From positions 1 through 44,410 of the forward strand of contig CDMY01000604.1 of the NCBI GenBank assembly GCA_001179505.1: DNA of 44,410 bases, read 5' to 3'. Of the stretch, positions 21,162-33,409 are shown piece by piece (positions within the stretch are counted from its first letter, which is position 1; every line of letters starts with the position of its first letter). Origin of the DNA: Vitrella brassicaformis CCMP3155 (taxonomy: Eukaryota; Protista; Chromerida). Made by a program: the position numbers and the translations under genes. Under the pieces are notes generated by a model. The model made no database searches. It saw only the letters and a program-made list of their open reading frames with translations, and had not been told where the DNA came from.

Positions 21162-23683
21162 TCAGTTTTTTGGCACGGTCTGCTGCGCCCTCAGCTCTCT
21201 GAAATGAGTAGCCGCTTCGATCACAACCTGCAGCACGCACACGACAAGGCGCCACATCCACAAAAAGGGGGCGGACCGTCATGTACAGGGATGAGTCATG
21301 AGTGCATACCTTTCGATCTGGGGATCTCTTGACGGGTATGTGGTTGAGGTTGATGCGCCCGTTGACGATGAGCAGTGGGTTGGCCTGGCTGAGAACCTCC
21401 TCGCTCACCGACACGCCGTCGAGGAACTGCTTCAGGATCGACTTGAGCTGGTGGTTCTCCTGCTCCAAACGAGACGTCTCCTTGTCGATCGCCAACCTGC
21501 ACACAGAGACAAGTTGGTAAGAAAGAGAGAGAGAGAGAGTGTGTGTGGTGGATGGTGGGTGGGCGGATAAGCTGGTCCCCGACCGACTGACTTGTCGAGC
21601 ATGACTTTGTTGTATCTCTTGAGGAACGTGTCGAGATACGACCACTCATCGACACCCACATCGCTCAACGCATCCTGAAGAACAAAGGGAGAAACGAGAG
21701 ACAGCACGTACAGACGGGCCACTCTCTTTTTCTCTTCCATCCATCTACTCACCCTGACTTCCTCCCTGAAGTCCTCCTGGTCCCACTGCAGCTCGTCCAC
21801 ATCCACATCGCGACTCAGGTAGAAAGACAATACCTTCTCGCGCTCTGTCTCGTACTTACTGCAGGCAAACGGGCAGGCAGGCGGCAAACCAGGCAAGGAC
21901 ACCCACACGCACACATCCCCATGAACAGGCCAGCAGAGATGAAAGAGGCTCACTTGCAGAGCTCTGCTGTCCTGAGTATCCGCTCGCCCATCTTGATCTG
22001 CTCCTGCAGCTTCTGAAGGCACTCCTTTGCGTTGGTCGTCAGGTCCGCCAGACGACCGCGCTCCTCCTCCCTGCACACATCCAGGAGCAGTGCACGATCA
22101 TTCGCAGGCCGACAGAGACACGAACGTGTGTGTTCCGCATCGCCTACCTCATTTTTGCCATTTTGGCTTTGAGTTCTTGAAAGTGCCTCTGAATCTGCTC
22201 CTTCTCTGTCCGGAGCTGGGCGTTGCGGACCTCACACTCCTGAGGGAAAGAAGAAATATTGCAGACAGACGAATGAATGAGTCCCGGCTGCAGCGGCTTG
22301 GCTTACTGACCTGTTTGTTCTGTGCGATCTTCATTTTCCAGTGGGCAATGCTCGACTGCATCCTCTCCACCTGGGTGCAATCAGCAACGAGTGGCTGGCT
22401 GGCATGGCACTCCAGCTCGTGTGTCCGTCCCTGCCCACATCCGTACCGCTCTGAGCTTCTGGTCGACCTTTCTCGAGAGGTGTGCGTCCTGCTGCAGCAG
22501 CCGCTTGTACTCCTGTGCGTGGCTGTCGGTGTTGTCGCGGTAGTTCTGCAGTGCTGTGTTGCAGCGCTCTTTGATCTGGTCAATGATCTCCTCAAGACGG
22601 GACTTCATCTGATGGTCCTCCTCGATGTTACGATTGCGGATCAACTCATACCTGACACGCAGTCCCATACACATGTCTCATGGGGTGGCGGCGGGAGTCT
22701 CTGTCTGTCTCTGTCTCTGTCTCTGTCTCAGTGGCTCACTCACTGTGTGTTATGTTCGGTGGTTTCCATCTGCTCTCTGCCCTTCTCCTCGTTGTCAATC
22801 CGCTGCACCACGATCTGCAGCTCCGACTTGAACAGGTTGTGCGCCTCCATAATGTGCTCTCGCTCAGTCAAGAACTCGCTCTCGATCTCCTTGACCATCC
22901 GCAGAAACTCCTCCTCCAGACCCTGAGGCACAGACACACATATAGCAGTGTCTCCCGCAGTGTCTCCCCCGCTCGACGGACTCACCTCTAGCCTGCTCTG
23001 TTGTATTTCGAAGAGCTTGTCGATGTTCATGAGGTGCGAGCGGACGATGGTGAGCTGCTGCTCCTCCGACTCATTGAGGTCCCTGTCGTACATCTGCAGC
23101 AGCGCATCCTTGCGCTCTAAGTCGCGGTCGAAGATCTGCGAGAGCACTTCCGTCTCCAGCTTCAGATCCTTCGTCTGCACGACAGAGAGGAAGGGAACAT
23201 ACAAGATGTGTCCGCGAACACAGAGGGAGGGCTCTGGCGTGTTGCTTCAGTGATGACCTTTGCCGCCCTCATGACGCGCAGCCAGCTCTCCTGCACTTTG
23301 TTGAGATTCATCTTGGTGTTCTTGGCCTCCATTAAAGCCATCGACTGCATAAACACACACACACATACCAACACAGATACACAACGCACAAGGGCCATCC
23401 CATCCATCCGTTCAGCCGTCCACCCAGCTGCCTACAGCTGCCTGACCTTGAGAAACTTTTTCTTGTAGGCTGTCTGCAGCTGTTCCCTCTCCTCCTCTCC
23501 CATGGCCTTAATCGTCTCCATCAGCTGCACCTCTGCCGCAGGCATCGGCCATCGACGCAGGCCCTTGAAGTCCAGGGCGCTGGGTAGGCTCTTGTTGTAC
23601 TTGGCCTCCGCCGCCGCCGCAGCGGGGTCCTCCTCGGGAGGTGGAGCAGCAGCAGCGGCTGCACTGGGTTCTCCACTCGCCAT
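21162..23683 (-). CDS. DRC2: Dynein regulatory complex subunit 2 (CCDC65)
   Basis: Coiled-coil protein containing KMNLNKVQESWLRVMRAAKTKDLKLETEVLSQIFDRDLERKDALLQMYDRDLNESEEQ..VRSHLMNIDKL, FLKRYNKVMLDK and NPLLIVN, matching recognisable DRC2 segments. ATG 23683, stop 21162-21164. Confidence 0.9.
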
Positions 23684-23824
23684 GACGGGTGTGCTTTTCG
23701 GGGACTGCACTGGGGCTCGCAATCGTGCAAGCTCGCACATCCGGGTCTCCTTGAAACCGCTGCTGCCGGATCTTCCAAGCCTTTTTCGAACCTCGACAGA
23801 GACGAGGTTTTGAGATCTCTCACC
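23684..23824. promoter_or_regulatory. Putative compact bidirectional promoter between DRC2 and the EXO1-like gene
   Basis: Only 141 bp separate the divergent ATGs (23683 -, 23825 +). Inferred from geometry. Confidence 0.5.
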
Positions 23825-24721
23825 ATGGCGGAGCACGCAGAGCTGCTCGGATACATCAAGGCGACGGGCCGCCCCGGCGACTTGTCCACCTACAGGGGCA
23901 AGAACGTGGCCTTTCACGTGAGCGCCAACACAGAAACCAGATGCGCTTTTCATTGCGCACATACGTGTGCCTTTTGCGCGTTTTTCGTTTCGCCTGGGCG
24001 CCGAGGTGATCTTCACGGTGCGTGAGCACGGAAGGGCATCTTTCTCGTGTGCAGGCGGCGAAAAGGCTGCTGGAGAACTTGGTGTTTTTCTCGCTTGCAG
24101 GCCGCTGGCGCCAAGGACCTTCGTCAGGTCGTGACGGACTCATCTGCAGTGGAGGAGCTGATAGAGAGCGCCGTGAAGCGCCTGACCATGTTCAAGACAG
24201 AGTTCAACATCAAGCCGGTCAGGCAGCTAGCAAGACTGCCTGCCCGCAGACGCGTCCCAGTCAATGCTGCTGTTCTCTCTCTGTAGGTTGTGTGTTTCGA
24301 GGGCGCTTTGAGCCCACCTGAGGCGCAGGGGGGGATCTTCCTCCGGTGCTGGGGCAACCGCGACATCTTCGACGCCCAGCGCAAGATCGGCCAACAGATG
24401 CACAAGGTCGGTCGGCGAGTCGAGTGGTGTAGTGAGCTGTGGGATGTGCACTGTGTGTGTGTGTGCAGGCATTGGAGAAAGTGGGCATCTTCTGCATCCA
24501 GTGCCCTGGATACGCGTCTGCTCAGTGCGGGAGCCTCGGTGTAAGCACACAGACGCCCGTGCCGTTGGCCGCTGCAGTCATGCGCTGCCTTGTGCCTTCC
24601 ATCCTGTTGCAGGAGCGCAAGGAGGTCGCTCTGGTTGTGGGGATGCACTACGACATTTTCCAGTGGAAGTGCCCCAGGGTGAGTGAGCCAGGCAAGCAGG
24701 CAAACGCCGTGGGTGCGTGCA

Positions 24722-24755
<34 letters not shown>

Positions 24756-25080
24756 GTGATGTATGATTTGGCTGAGGACGGTAAGGGGCTGCTGGTGGAG
24801 CTCGACAGCGTCATGAAGGACTGGGGGCTGCACAACCAGTGTATGCAGGGACAAGTCGACACACAGACCACCCAACCACACAGGCGGCCACGCTATTCGT
24901 GGTGGCTGGATGCCATCCATGGTGTGTCTGTCGCGTGCAGATGACTTGACACTCGCCTTCACACTCTTCGCCACCCTAAACCAAGACGAGAACCAGCCCC
25001 TGCAGCCAAAGGAGGCGTTCACGAAAGCGATCAACAAAGCCAAGAGCGGTGCGAGTGGTGCTACCGCGGGCCGCAAGTGA
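23825..25080 (+). CDS. Short EXO1/XPG-family PIN-domain-like protein lacking most catalytic acidic residues (probable pseudonuclease)
   Basis: Spliced product: MAEHAELLGYIKATGRPGDLSTYRGKNVAFH..NIKPVVCFEGALSP..ALEKVGIFCIQCPGYASAQCGSL..VALVVGMHYDIFQWKCPRVMYDLAEDGKG. This parallels the EXO1 pattern GLLxFIK..YxGxxVAVD..IKPILVFDG..APYEADAQLAYL..ITEDSDLLAFGCKKV...GNG. Stop at 25080. Confidence 0.7.
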
Positions 25081-25607
25081 CGCCGATCAACAACATCACA
25101 AACTAATTTGCTGGTGAGCTGATGTTGTTGTGGATGAGTCGACAGCCTGTATGGGGGGGGGGGAGTAGGTCTTTACTCGGTTTCGGTCGATAAGTAGGTA
25201 TGCATCTCATTCAACTCTTTCTTGGCTGCTCAGTCAAATGGACCCTTTATATGGATGGGAGATGGGAGGGAGGCGGGGAATTTTGGCAAGCGACAGATAG
25301 AACATGCTGCTGCGTGCACCGCGCTCTGTGTACTGACTTCCGGCTTTATGTAGGGTGACTGGGTGGTTCACCGCTCGTATACGTGTGTTGTGTGTCTGTG
25401 TGGACAGACAGCCCATGCATTTTCGTGTTCATTCTCATGGCATGTACCAATCAGCTCGTCAGTCAAAAGCAATAGAGCAATCCAGTCGACACCCACCCGA
25501 ACGAGCGAGCGAGTCACAGAGAGAGAGACCAACTAAATGACTCTCTTGCACTGCAGATCCTCACAAATGCCCCTCTTATCCACTGAATGACAGCCCAGCC
25601 CTCTCTC

Positions 25608-26732
25608 TCACGCTGCCCTCTGCTGGTCAATCGCCATTCTGACGGCCTCTACAGTGGCGTTCAGCCATCCATCCATCGTGGGGTCGTCGGGACACGTGAC
25701 GGCGGCAAACACGCCGCTCCTTCTTGCCTCTTCAGCACTGGTCGGCCCGATGCAGGCCGCATACACCGAAGGTGATGGTGACGGCGCATCGCCGGCTGTT
25801 AAGTGTGTCCATCCCTTGACAGCGCTGGGGCTCCCGAAGGTCACTACTCGTGCTGCGCGGGCCGCCTCGACCATCGAGGACGGCAGCACATGGGGGCCGT
25901 CCTGGTGGATGCCGAGGGTGGTGTAGGTGTTTAGTCGGGTGACGTCAAAGCCACGGTCGGCTAGCCCGCTCTCCAGTGTTGCCTGAGCCAATGCCGACGC
26001 GGGATAGAGCACCCTGAACCAATCAACGCCACACACACACGCAGGCAGAGAAACAGACAGGAATGAGTGAGGGAGGGAGGGAGGCGTTGGTTGCTCTTCT
26101 CCCTGCTATTATCGTCCGGACCTGTTGTTGCCTTTGTGCGGCAGCTCCTGGGCCAATGTCTGTGCAGTGGAGCGTGAAGGCGTGAAGGCCGGCTCCATTC
26201 CCCCCTCCCGCAGCACCGCAGAGGTCCCCGCCCCAATGGATGCAATCGACAGCTCCCTCCTTCCGGCCATCTCCCGCACACCCTCCACCAGCACCTTGGC
26301 GCTCTCGGGCGACGTCACACACACCCAGTCGAAGATCTCCTCCGTCAGCACCTGAGGCAGCCTCGGTCGGTCCCTGCCGACAGCCGTCTTGATGCATGGC
26401 AGCTCGACCGTCGGGATGCCTCTCGCCTCGAGCATCGCTCTCAGCTTGCCGTTCTTGCCCTCTTCTCGCGTGAGTGCCACTGGCGGGAAGGACCCTGGCA
26501 CCCTGACGAGCGACTCATCGGGAGAGGGAGATGTCATCGTCATGGCGCGTGCTGACAGCGACGGGAGCGCACTGGACGATGAGAGGAGGAGGGGCGCGTG
26601 GTGGGGACTGGGGGAGAGTCTTGAGTGGCAGAATGCTGAGTGGAGGAGCGCCAAGCTGTCCATGGGAAGCATATTGGTGAGCAGGGAGATAAAGGGAAGC
26701 GCGTGGAGACCATTGCTGCTTCGACAGGGCAT
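25608..26732 (-). CDS. hemD: Uroporphyrinogen-III synthase (HemD/UROS), plant/algal type, with probable bipartite plastid leader
   Basis: VALTREEGKNGKLRAMLEARGI..ELPCI, FDWVCVTSPESA, IASIGAGTS, AFTPSRSTA, RVLYPASALA, VTRLNTYTT, FGSPSAVKGW, ACIGPTSA. One phase-consistent intron at 26121-26014. The start (ATG 26732, or 26672/26663) is uncertain. Confidence 0.92.
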
Positions 26733-27450
26733 TTGGGGAAAGCCCCTCCGCACTTGCTCGACAGCTCGCAACCCTGGCCGGCGGGTGTGTGTCTGCCTCG
26801 TCCCCTGCTGTCGATGTGACGGCGAGAGATAGATAGTGAATCAGGTAGGTAAGTGTGAGCAGGTCCCGTACGTCGCCCATCCATCCATCCATCCATCCAT
26901 GTCTTTAAATTCCCCGAGCAAAGCATCATAGCGATGCACGGCACGGCACGGCACCTGTCTGACTGTTTGTTCTCTGCATGTGTGTGGCCCCGCGACACAA
27001 GCACACCACCACGCCCATCCATCGCCACCACCCACACCAAAACGTCCGTATGCACGCGTGTATGCAATGCAGGCACGCTACGCTACCTTTGCGCCGCATC
27101 CATCCATCCATCCATCCAGTCCATTCCATCACCTGCTTGCAATCGCAAGACCCCGACCGACCCCAATTGAGAAGGAAGGAATGCAGAAAGCGCGAGGCGA
27201 CCAGCAACGGCGTGGCGTGTCTGAGGGCAAGGCAGCCAGGCAGGCAGGCAGGCAGTCGAGACACCGGTGGTTAGTAGGCGACAAGGGGAGAGGGAGAAAC
27301 ACACGAACGAGGGAGGGAGGGACTGAGGGAGGGAGGGAGAGAGGCAGAGAAGCGCGTATCAGACCGTGAGTGAGCAAGCAAGCCAGCAAACAAGGATGGA
27401 TGGATGAGAGTGAGAAGAACACCAGCCCCTTCCCCACCCCCCCCCCCCCC

Positions 27451-27750
27451 NNNNNNNNNNNNNNNNNNNNNNNNNNNNNNNNNNNNNNNNNNNNNNNNNN
27501 NNNNNNNNNNNNNNNNNNNNNNNNNNNNNNNNNNNNNNNNNNNNNNNNNNNNNNNNNNNNNNNNNNNNNNNNNNNNNNNNNNNNNNNNNNNNNNNNNNNN
27601 NNNNNNNNNNNNNNNNNNNNNNNNNNNNNNNNNNNNNNNNNNNNNNNNNNNNNNNNNNNNNNNNNNNNNNNNNNNNNNNNNNNNNNNNNNNNNNNNNNNN
27701 NNNNNNNNNNNNNNNNNNNNNNNNNNNNNNNNNNNNNNNNNNNNNNNNNN
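27451..27750. other. Assembly gap (300 N) flanked on both sides by poly-C runs
   Basis: Direct observation. The round length suggests an estimated or placeholder gap size. Confidence 0.99.
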
Positions 27751-27999
27751 TCCCCCCCCCCCCCCCCCCCACCCAAAGCAGGCAGGCATCCATTGATGTG
27801 CGACCGACAAGGTGAGGAGAGGGAGAGGGAGACGGAGAGGGAGGTAGGTATGGCTATGGCACTCTGGTTGTCACTGCCCGCCCCCACATCCATTCCACGC
27901 ACACACTGCACGCGTGACTGACTGCAAGTATGCACAGCCCGCCCTCCCGTTTGTTTGCCCCTTCCCTCTGGGGGGTCCATCCATCCCGGTGTCTGTCGG

Positions 28000-30900
28000 T
28001 CAGTGCGCCTGTGTGTTGGAGGGGTTGCTGGAGCTTGTTTGGTGCTGCGGCGGGTGTGAGTGGATGTAGCGCTTGAACGTCAGCAGGATGGCCGTCACGT
28101 TGTCCCTTACAAGACACACAGCCAGCCACACACATAGCCAGGCCAGGCAGCCACAACAATGAGGCAGGCACACACAAGTGACACACACGCGTGACCGCCC
28201 ACCTTGATCTCCGATTGTGGATGGCCTCGTGGATGAGATCCTGAACCACACGGTGAGGGTCCTGCACACACATACACGCACACGCGGCCACACACACATA
28301 CACTGCCCCATGGCTGGCTTGTTCTTGGCTCGCCTCGCCGTCGATGACACGACATACATACCTGCTCGTTTCTGGGCATCTCTGCCAGCCGTGTTCTGAC
28401 GAACTGCACGGCCTCCTGGCTGCTGAACACGTCAAACAGCCCGTCGCACGCCAGCAGCACAAACTCGTCCTGACTCGTCGCCTTCTCGTGGCGAATCTGA
28501 TGGCACCCATCCATCCATCCGTCCATCCATCCATCTGGGCCGTCCATCTATGTGTGGGTGTGAGAGAGTGGCGGCTCACCTCCGGCTCAGAAATGACGAG
28601 TGGTCCGGCGGGCCCCTCGTCGTTGTTGGGGTCGTCAACGCTGCGCTTCGGGATGCACTGAATGAAGGAAGGAACGAACCATAGCACAGACAGACAGACA
28701 GACAGACGTACGTGAAGGCACACACAAGCATCTCTATGGCGTGGTGTGGTGTGGTGTCCCTGACTGACCTTGTAGTCGTAGTCTCCGAAGGCGCGCGAGA
28801 CGGCCAGTCGCCCCAGGACACGACGGTAGCTCACGAACCCCCCAGCAGCCTCGATGCGCTTGTGCTCGTCAACACGATCCTGACGCACACACATCAACAC
28901 ACACGTCTACGCGCGTTTCTCTCCCTCTGTCTGTGTGGCTGTCTGTGTGTGTGTGTGTGGCTGGTACTTACCGGTTTATGGTCGTGTGAGAGGTTGAGTG
29001 CCTGTCCGGCTCTGCAGAGGACGGCGCGGCTGTCGCCGCAGTTGGCGCACCAAATGTGGCCGCCCACCACCACCACACACACCGCGGCGCACCCCGACCC
29101 CGTATGCGCCGGACCGGAGCTCACGCGGTGCAGAAAATCAGAATCCGTCTTCAGAAACGCCTGTGCACCATTACACACACCACACCACACACCGGCGGAT
29201 GAGAGCATCTGACGCCCTCCCTCCCTGTCTGTCTCGCTTTGTTTCCTTACGTATTTGATAGCGTCCACGATGTCTTTGTGTACGTTGGTTGAGCCGTCGA
29301 GGCCGCCGGCCCTCTGTATGCGCTCGATGAAGTTGAGGTGCAGGTGACGCCGCACGTACTCAGCACAGTCGCGGCCGCCGTGGCTGAGAGAGCGAACCAA
29401 ACACCACCAGAGAGAGAAGAGAGGTCAGGTCTGGTGGTTCGGGTGTGTGGCCAAGGCCACTCGCTCACCCGTCATAGACAGCGAAGAAGGAGGCGTGCCG
29501 CCTGTCCGACACATCTAACTCCTGCACACACACAACACAACACGACACGACACAAGCCAATACAACACAGGACAACACATGAAACCGGCCGTCGTGTCCT
29601 CTGGAGGTGTGTGGTTCGCTGCCTTTGCCAGCCTCACCTGGAGTGCAATCTCTTCGTCCTCCATTGTGGCGCGGAAGCCGATCTCGCCCCCGATTCCCGT
29701 GTTGAAGCGCAGGACGGTGAACTCGAGGGAACCGATCTTGAAGATGTCACCCGGTCGCAAACAGTGGAGCTGACCTGCACACAACACACCACACCAGACC
29801 AGCATAACACAGCACATGTGTGTGTGTACTCAAGAGCGTCGTGTGTGTGTGTGTGACGCGTGTGTGAGTCAGTACTTGGCAGGAGTCGGACCCAGCAGTC
29901 GGCCGGCTCCTCGATCTGCTGCGCAGGCGGGCACCTCCACAGACACACATCATAGCTGACACACAGACATGCACACACACACACACAGACAATGCACCGG
30001 TGGCCACAGCACCACAACCACACACAGGCAACAAGCCCGCCGGCCGTGTGCGTGCGTGCGCACCTTCCGTGCTGGAACGAGACGGCGAGCAGCTTGGAGG
30101 GCACATCGAGGTTGCCCAACGTGATCGTACCATCCTGTGCAGTTGTTATCCACCATTACAGAGCGACGCGAGCAACACATGATTGGCCCTCCCTCCCTCT
30201 GTGCTGCGTCTGTCTGTCTGTCAGTCTGTGTGCTTGCCTTGTCCTGTGCGTCGATCCACGCCCTGACCCTGCGCAGGAAGTTGTCGCCCATCTTCTTGAC
30301 GCGACCCTTGCTGCTGCCTGATGCACCCTCCTCAGACACAAGCTGCCCGGCCTCAGACTGTCCCCAGCCGCCGAAGGGCTCGTGAGCCTCCGGCCCCACC
30401 ACCACTGGCAAACACAGCTGCGGTTTGTCCAACTCGTCCGGACCGCCCTCCCACTCGTCCGCAGGGCAGGCGTCCTCGCTCGCCACCACGGCCTCGTCGT
30501 CGTCGGGCGGTGCAGGGGCGTCCCCGCCGCTGCTTGTGCTGGACGATGGACCGTCTGACGGGATTGGGGAGGCGGCGGTGGGGCCGTTGGCTCCCACGTC
30601 GTTGGGGGTGATGATCGCAGCGGGCTCCTTGAGTTTGGCCTCACCCTCCTCCCCCCCTGGTGCTGGTGCCGGTGCGTCAGAGGTGGGGGCCGTCTGACCG
30701 CCGTTGCTGTCAGTCGTAGCTACAGCCTCACCCCCCTCAGCAGTGGCAGCACCCCCCGCCCCAGCCATCGCGCCCTTGACCGCCACATTGTTCGGCTGCT
30801 GGGCGGGCGGGGCAGCGGCGTCGGCCTCAGCGACCGGCTCGTCGTCGGTGCTGACGGGGTCCTGCGGCTCAGCTGGCTCTTCGACGCTTGCGGGGTCGGT

Positions 30901-31749
30901 CCGGTTTGGTGATGGGATGGGCGACGGCTCGCTCTGTGGCTGCGGCAGGTCTGGGAGAGGCGGTGTGGTGGGCGGTGGTCGGGCGGCAGTGGGGGAGAAG
31001 GCGTAGGAGGGGAGGCCGCCGGTGCCGCCGATGGACCCGCCCTTCATGAACAGCTGAAACAGAGGGAGAGGGGGATGGATGTTTCCGTTGTCTGTCTGCT
31101 GCTCATCTGAGAGAGAGCTGTAGGTACCTCTCCGTAGACTTGGTCTGTCTCGACTGATCTCAGCTTCAGAGAATGCCCCCACGCAGACCGTTTCGACACA
31201 TCTGCAGTGCACACACCACACAGACGACACACCACACCACAACACAACACAACACACTTGGTTGGCCACCGAAGTCCCAAAGACGACACCCCCACCACCG
31301 CCTCGTCACACAGACACACTTAGGTACCTTCATCGGATCCCTCCGAGTCGGCCGGGTGTGGCATGAAGTGGCGTATCTCCTTGAGGGCCACCCGCAGCAG
31401 CGCCCTCTCGCGAGCCGTCATCTGACCCAACACCTCCTGCTGCATTTCCACACTCGCATCACTGGTACTCGTGGTGGTCGTCGTGCTGCCCGCCTCGCTC
31501 GCCGCCCCTGCTGTGGTGGCGGTGCTGCTCCCCTCCTCAGTACTGCTGCTGGTGGTGGTGGTAGTGGTGGTGTCCGACGGCTTCTTGGTAGGTGTTGCGA
31601 AGGAGGTGTCCCATCCTGTGAAGAGGGTCTCTATGGCGGGGAGTAATGTGAGGCCGCGGGCGGAGAGGATCGACTCGAAGTGCTCGGTGTTGAGCCGATG
31701 GGCTCTGGAGGCACACCACACAGCACACAGCACATGAGACGGTGTCTGT

Positions 31750-31780
<31 letters not shown>

Positions 31781-32674
31781 ACGGGTTTGAGCGTGCGCAC
31801 ATGAGCCAGTGCCGCAGGGCGGCCTCCTCAGTGAAGGGGTCACCTGAACCAACACAAGACATCCATCATACAAGCTGGCTCATGTGGTGTCCGTGTGGAT
31901 GTGTGTGTGTGCACCCGTGATGATTTCGAACTCGTGTCCGTCGACGGTCAGTCGCTGAGACGGCCGGATGGGCAGCCGACGGCCGCCCTGCACCTTCACA
32001 AACGTACCATCTGACGCACACACACACACACACAGAGGCAAAGATTCACCCAGACAGCTAGCTTATGTGTGTTAATGTCGGCGGCGTAAGTACCGTCGCT
32101 TTGTGCGTCTTTGAGGAAGTAGTTTTGGTTTCTCTCGACGTATTTGATCTCGGCGTGCTTAAGCGACAGGTTGGCGTTCTCGATGTACATCGTTATCTCG
32201 TTCTGACCGATTCGATGCGCAGCAACACCGATCAAGATTGACCCTCTCTGCGCCCGTCTTGTGTCCTTACCGAGCTGCGGTCGCTGCCGAACACCTCACC
32301 CTGCGGCTGCACACACACACGGACACGGACACGGCACAGCACGGCAAGCAAAGAAGATTGGATGGATCTTGTGTATCGTGGGGGGACAAGTGTGGCGGCA
32401 GGTACCGTTCTGTTGACGTAGATGAATCTGCCCTGGAAGAGGCCCTTGGTGCACTTGAGCACCAGGTCAACCGGACCCACATCTGACACACACACACACA
32501 CACACACGCGCGATGATGCGATCGATGTCTGTGTGTGTGTCGACACACCCACCCCACATACCCCATCCTCTTACCGAGTGAGTCGATGGTTCCCTCCTTG
32601 GCGGCCCCTTCCACCAGTGTGGCCATCGGCGTCGCCTCGGACGGGCCGTTCTCACCCTTACTGTCGCCACTCAT
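28000..32674 (-). CDS. PP2C (PPM) protein phosphatase with N-terminal FHA-like domain, SAM-like segment, low-complexity linker and a second FHA-like segment
   Basis: Intact catalytic motifs: FRATMEDE, FFAVYDGHGGRDC, ANCGDSRAVL, LSHDHKP, IEAAGG..RVLGRLAVSRAFGD, FVLLACDGLFDV, DNVTAILL. FHA-like N-part: LSLKHAEIKY..YFLKDAQSDGTFVKV..L..SQRLTVDGHEF; second segment CWVRL..LRPGDIFKIGSLEF. SAM-like segment: LRHWLIAHRL..FESILSARG. ATG 32674 (MSGDSKGENG); some middle exons are approximate. Confidence 0.85.
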
Positions 32675-33409
32675 ATCGATCACTCACACAGCCACTCACC
32701 CACAGGCGGTGCGGTGTTGCTCAGACAGTCGGTCGGCTGGTCGGTCAATCGAAGGAAGATGCGCCGCCAGTGGTCAATCAGCACATCCACCGAAAGGCTT
32801 GTCCCCGGCAGCTGATGGCAACACCGGCAGACAGACCCCGGAGCTGACAGCAGATGGCTCGAAGCGCCCGCAGCGGTAGGTCTCGTCCCCGTGAGACGCC
32901 AGGTGAGAGCTGACACAGGCAGCGGTCACCAGAAGCTCTCCAGGCTGGAATGTCGACGTATGTGGCGGCTTCGTCTCACTCACCGCCTGCCTGATGCCAC
33001 AACGACTGGCCAACGAATTGGGTCGAATTAAAGAGGTGGTCCGAGCTCGTATCGCCCCTGGTACCAAGGGCGGACGCGACAAAGCCACAGAACACACCCA
33101 CACCTCGCTCCTTCCCCAAGCTCGCAAGGAAAATGGGATGAGCTCGCAGCGATCGAGAAAAGGAGAAAGCAAAAGGGGACAAAGCCAAGGTAGTTGACAG
33201 ATCCGCGACAGCAACAACACCGCAGTTTCAAAGATTCTCGCAAGGAATCCCGAAGTCCGCAAGGGGTGAAGAAGAAGACAGCCCCTTCCCTTCAGCTGCT
33301 GGGAGGTCGGTGACCCCACAGTCGACACTCGATGACGTCCCGCCGCTGCTATCGGGGTTCTCCTATGCCTTACCTTCCCTGATCTGCCCGTCCGGCGTCA
33401 CTCTCCTGG

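Noticed and set aside
27129-27980. ORFs spanning the N run
   Set aside because: Artefacts of translating through the assembly gap and poly-C tracts.
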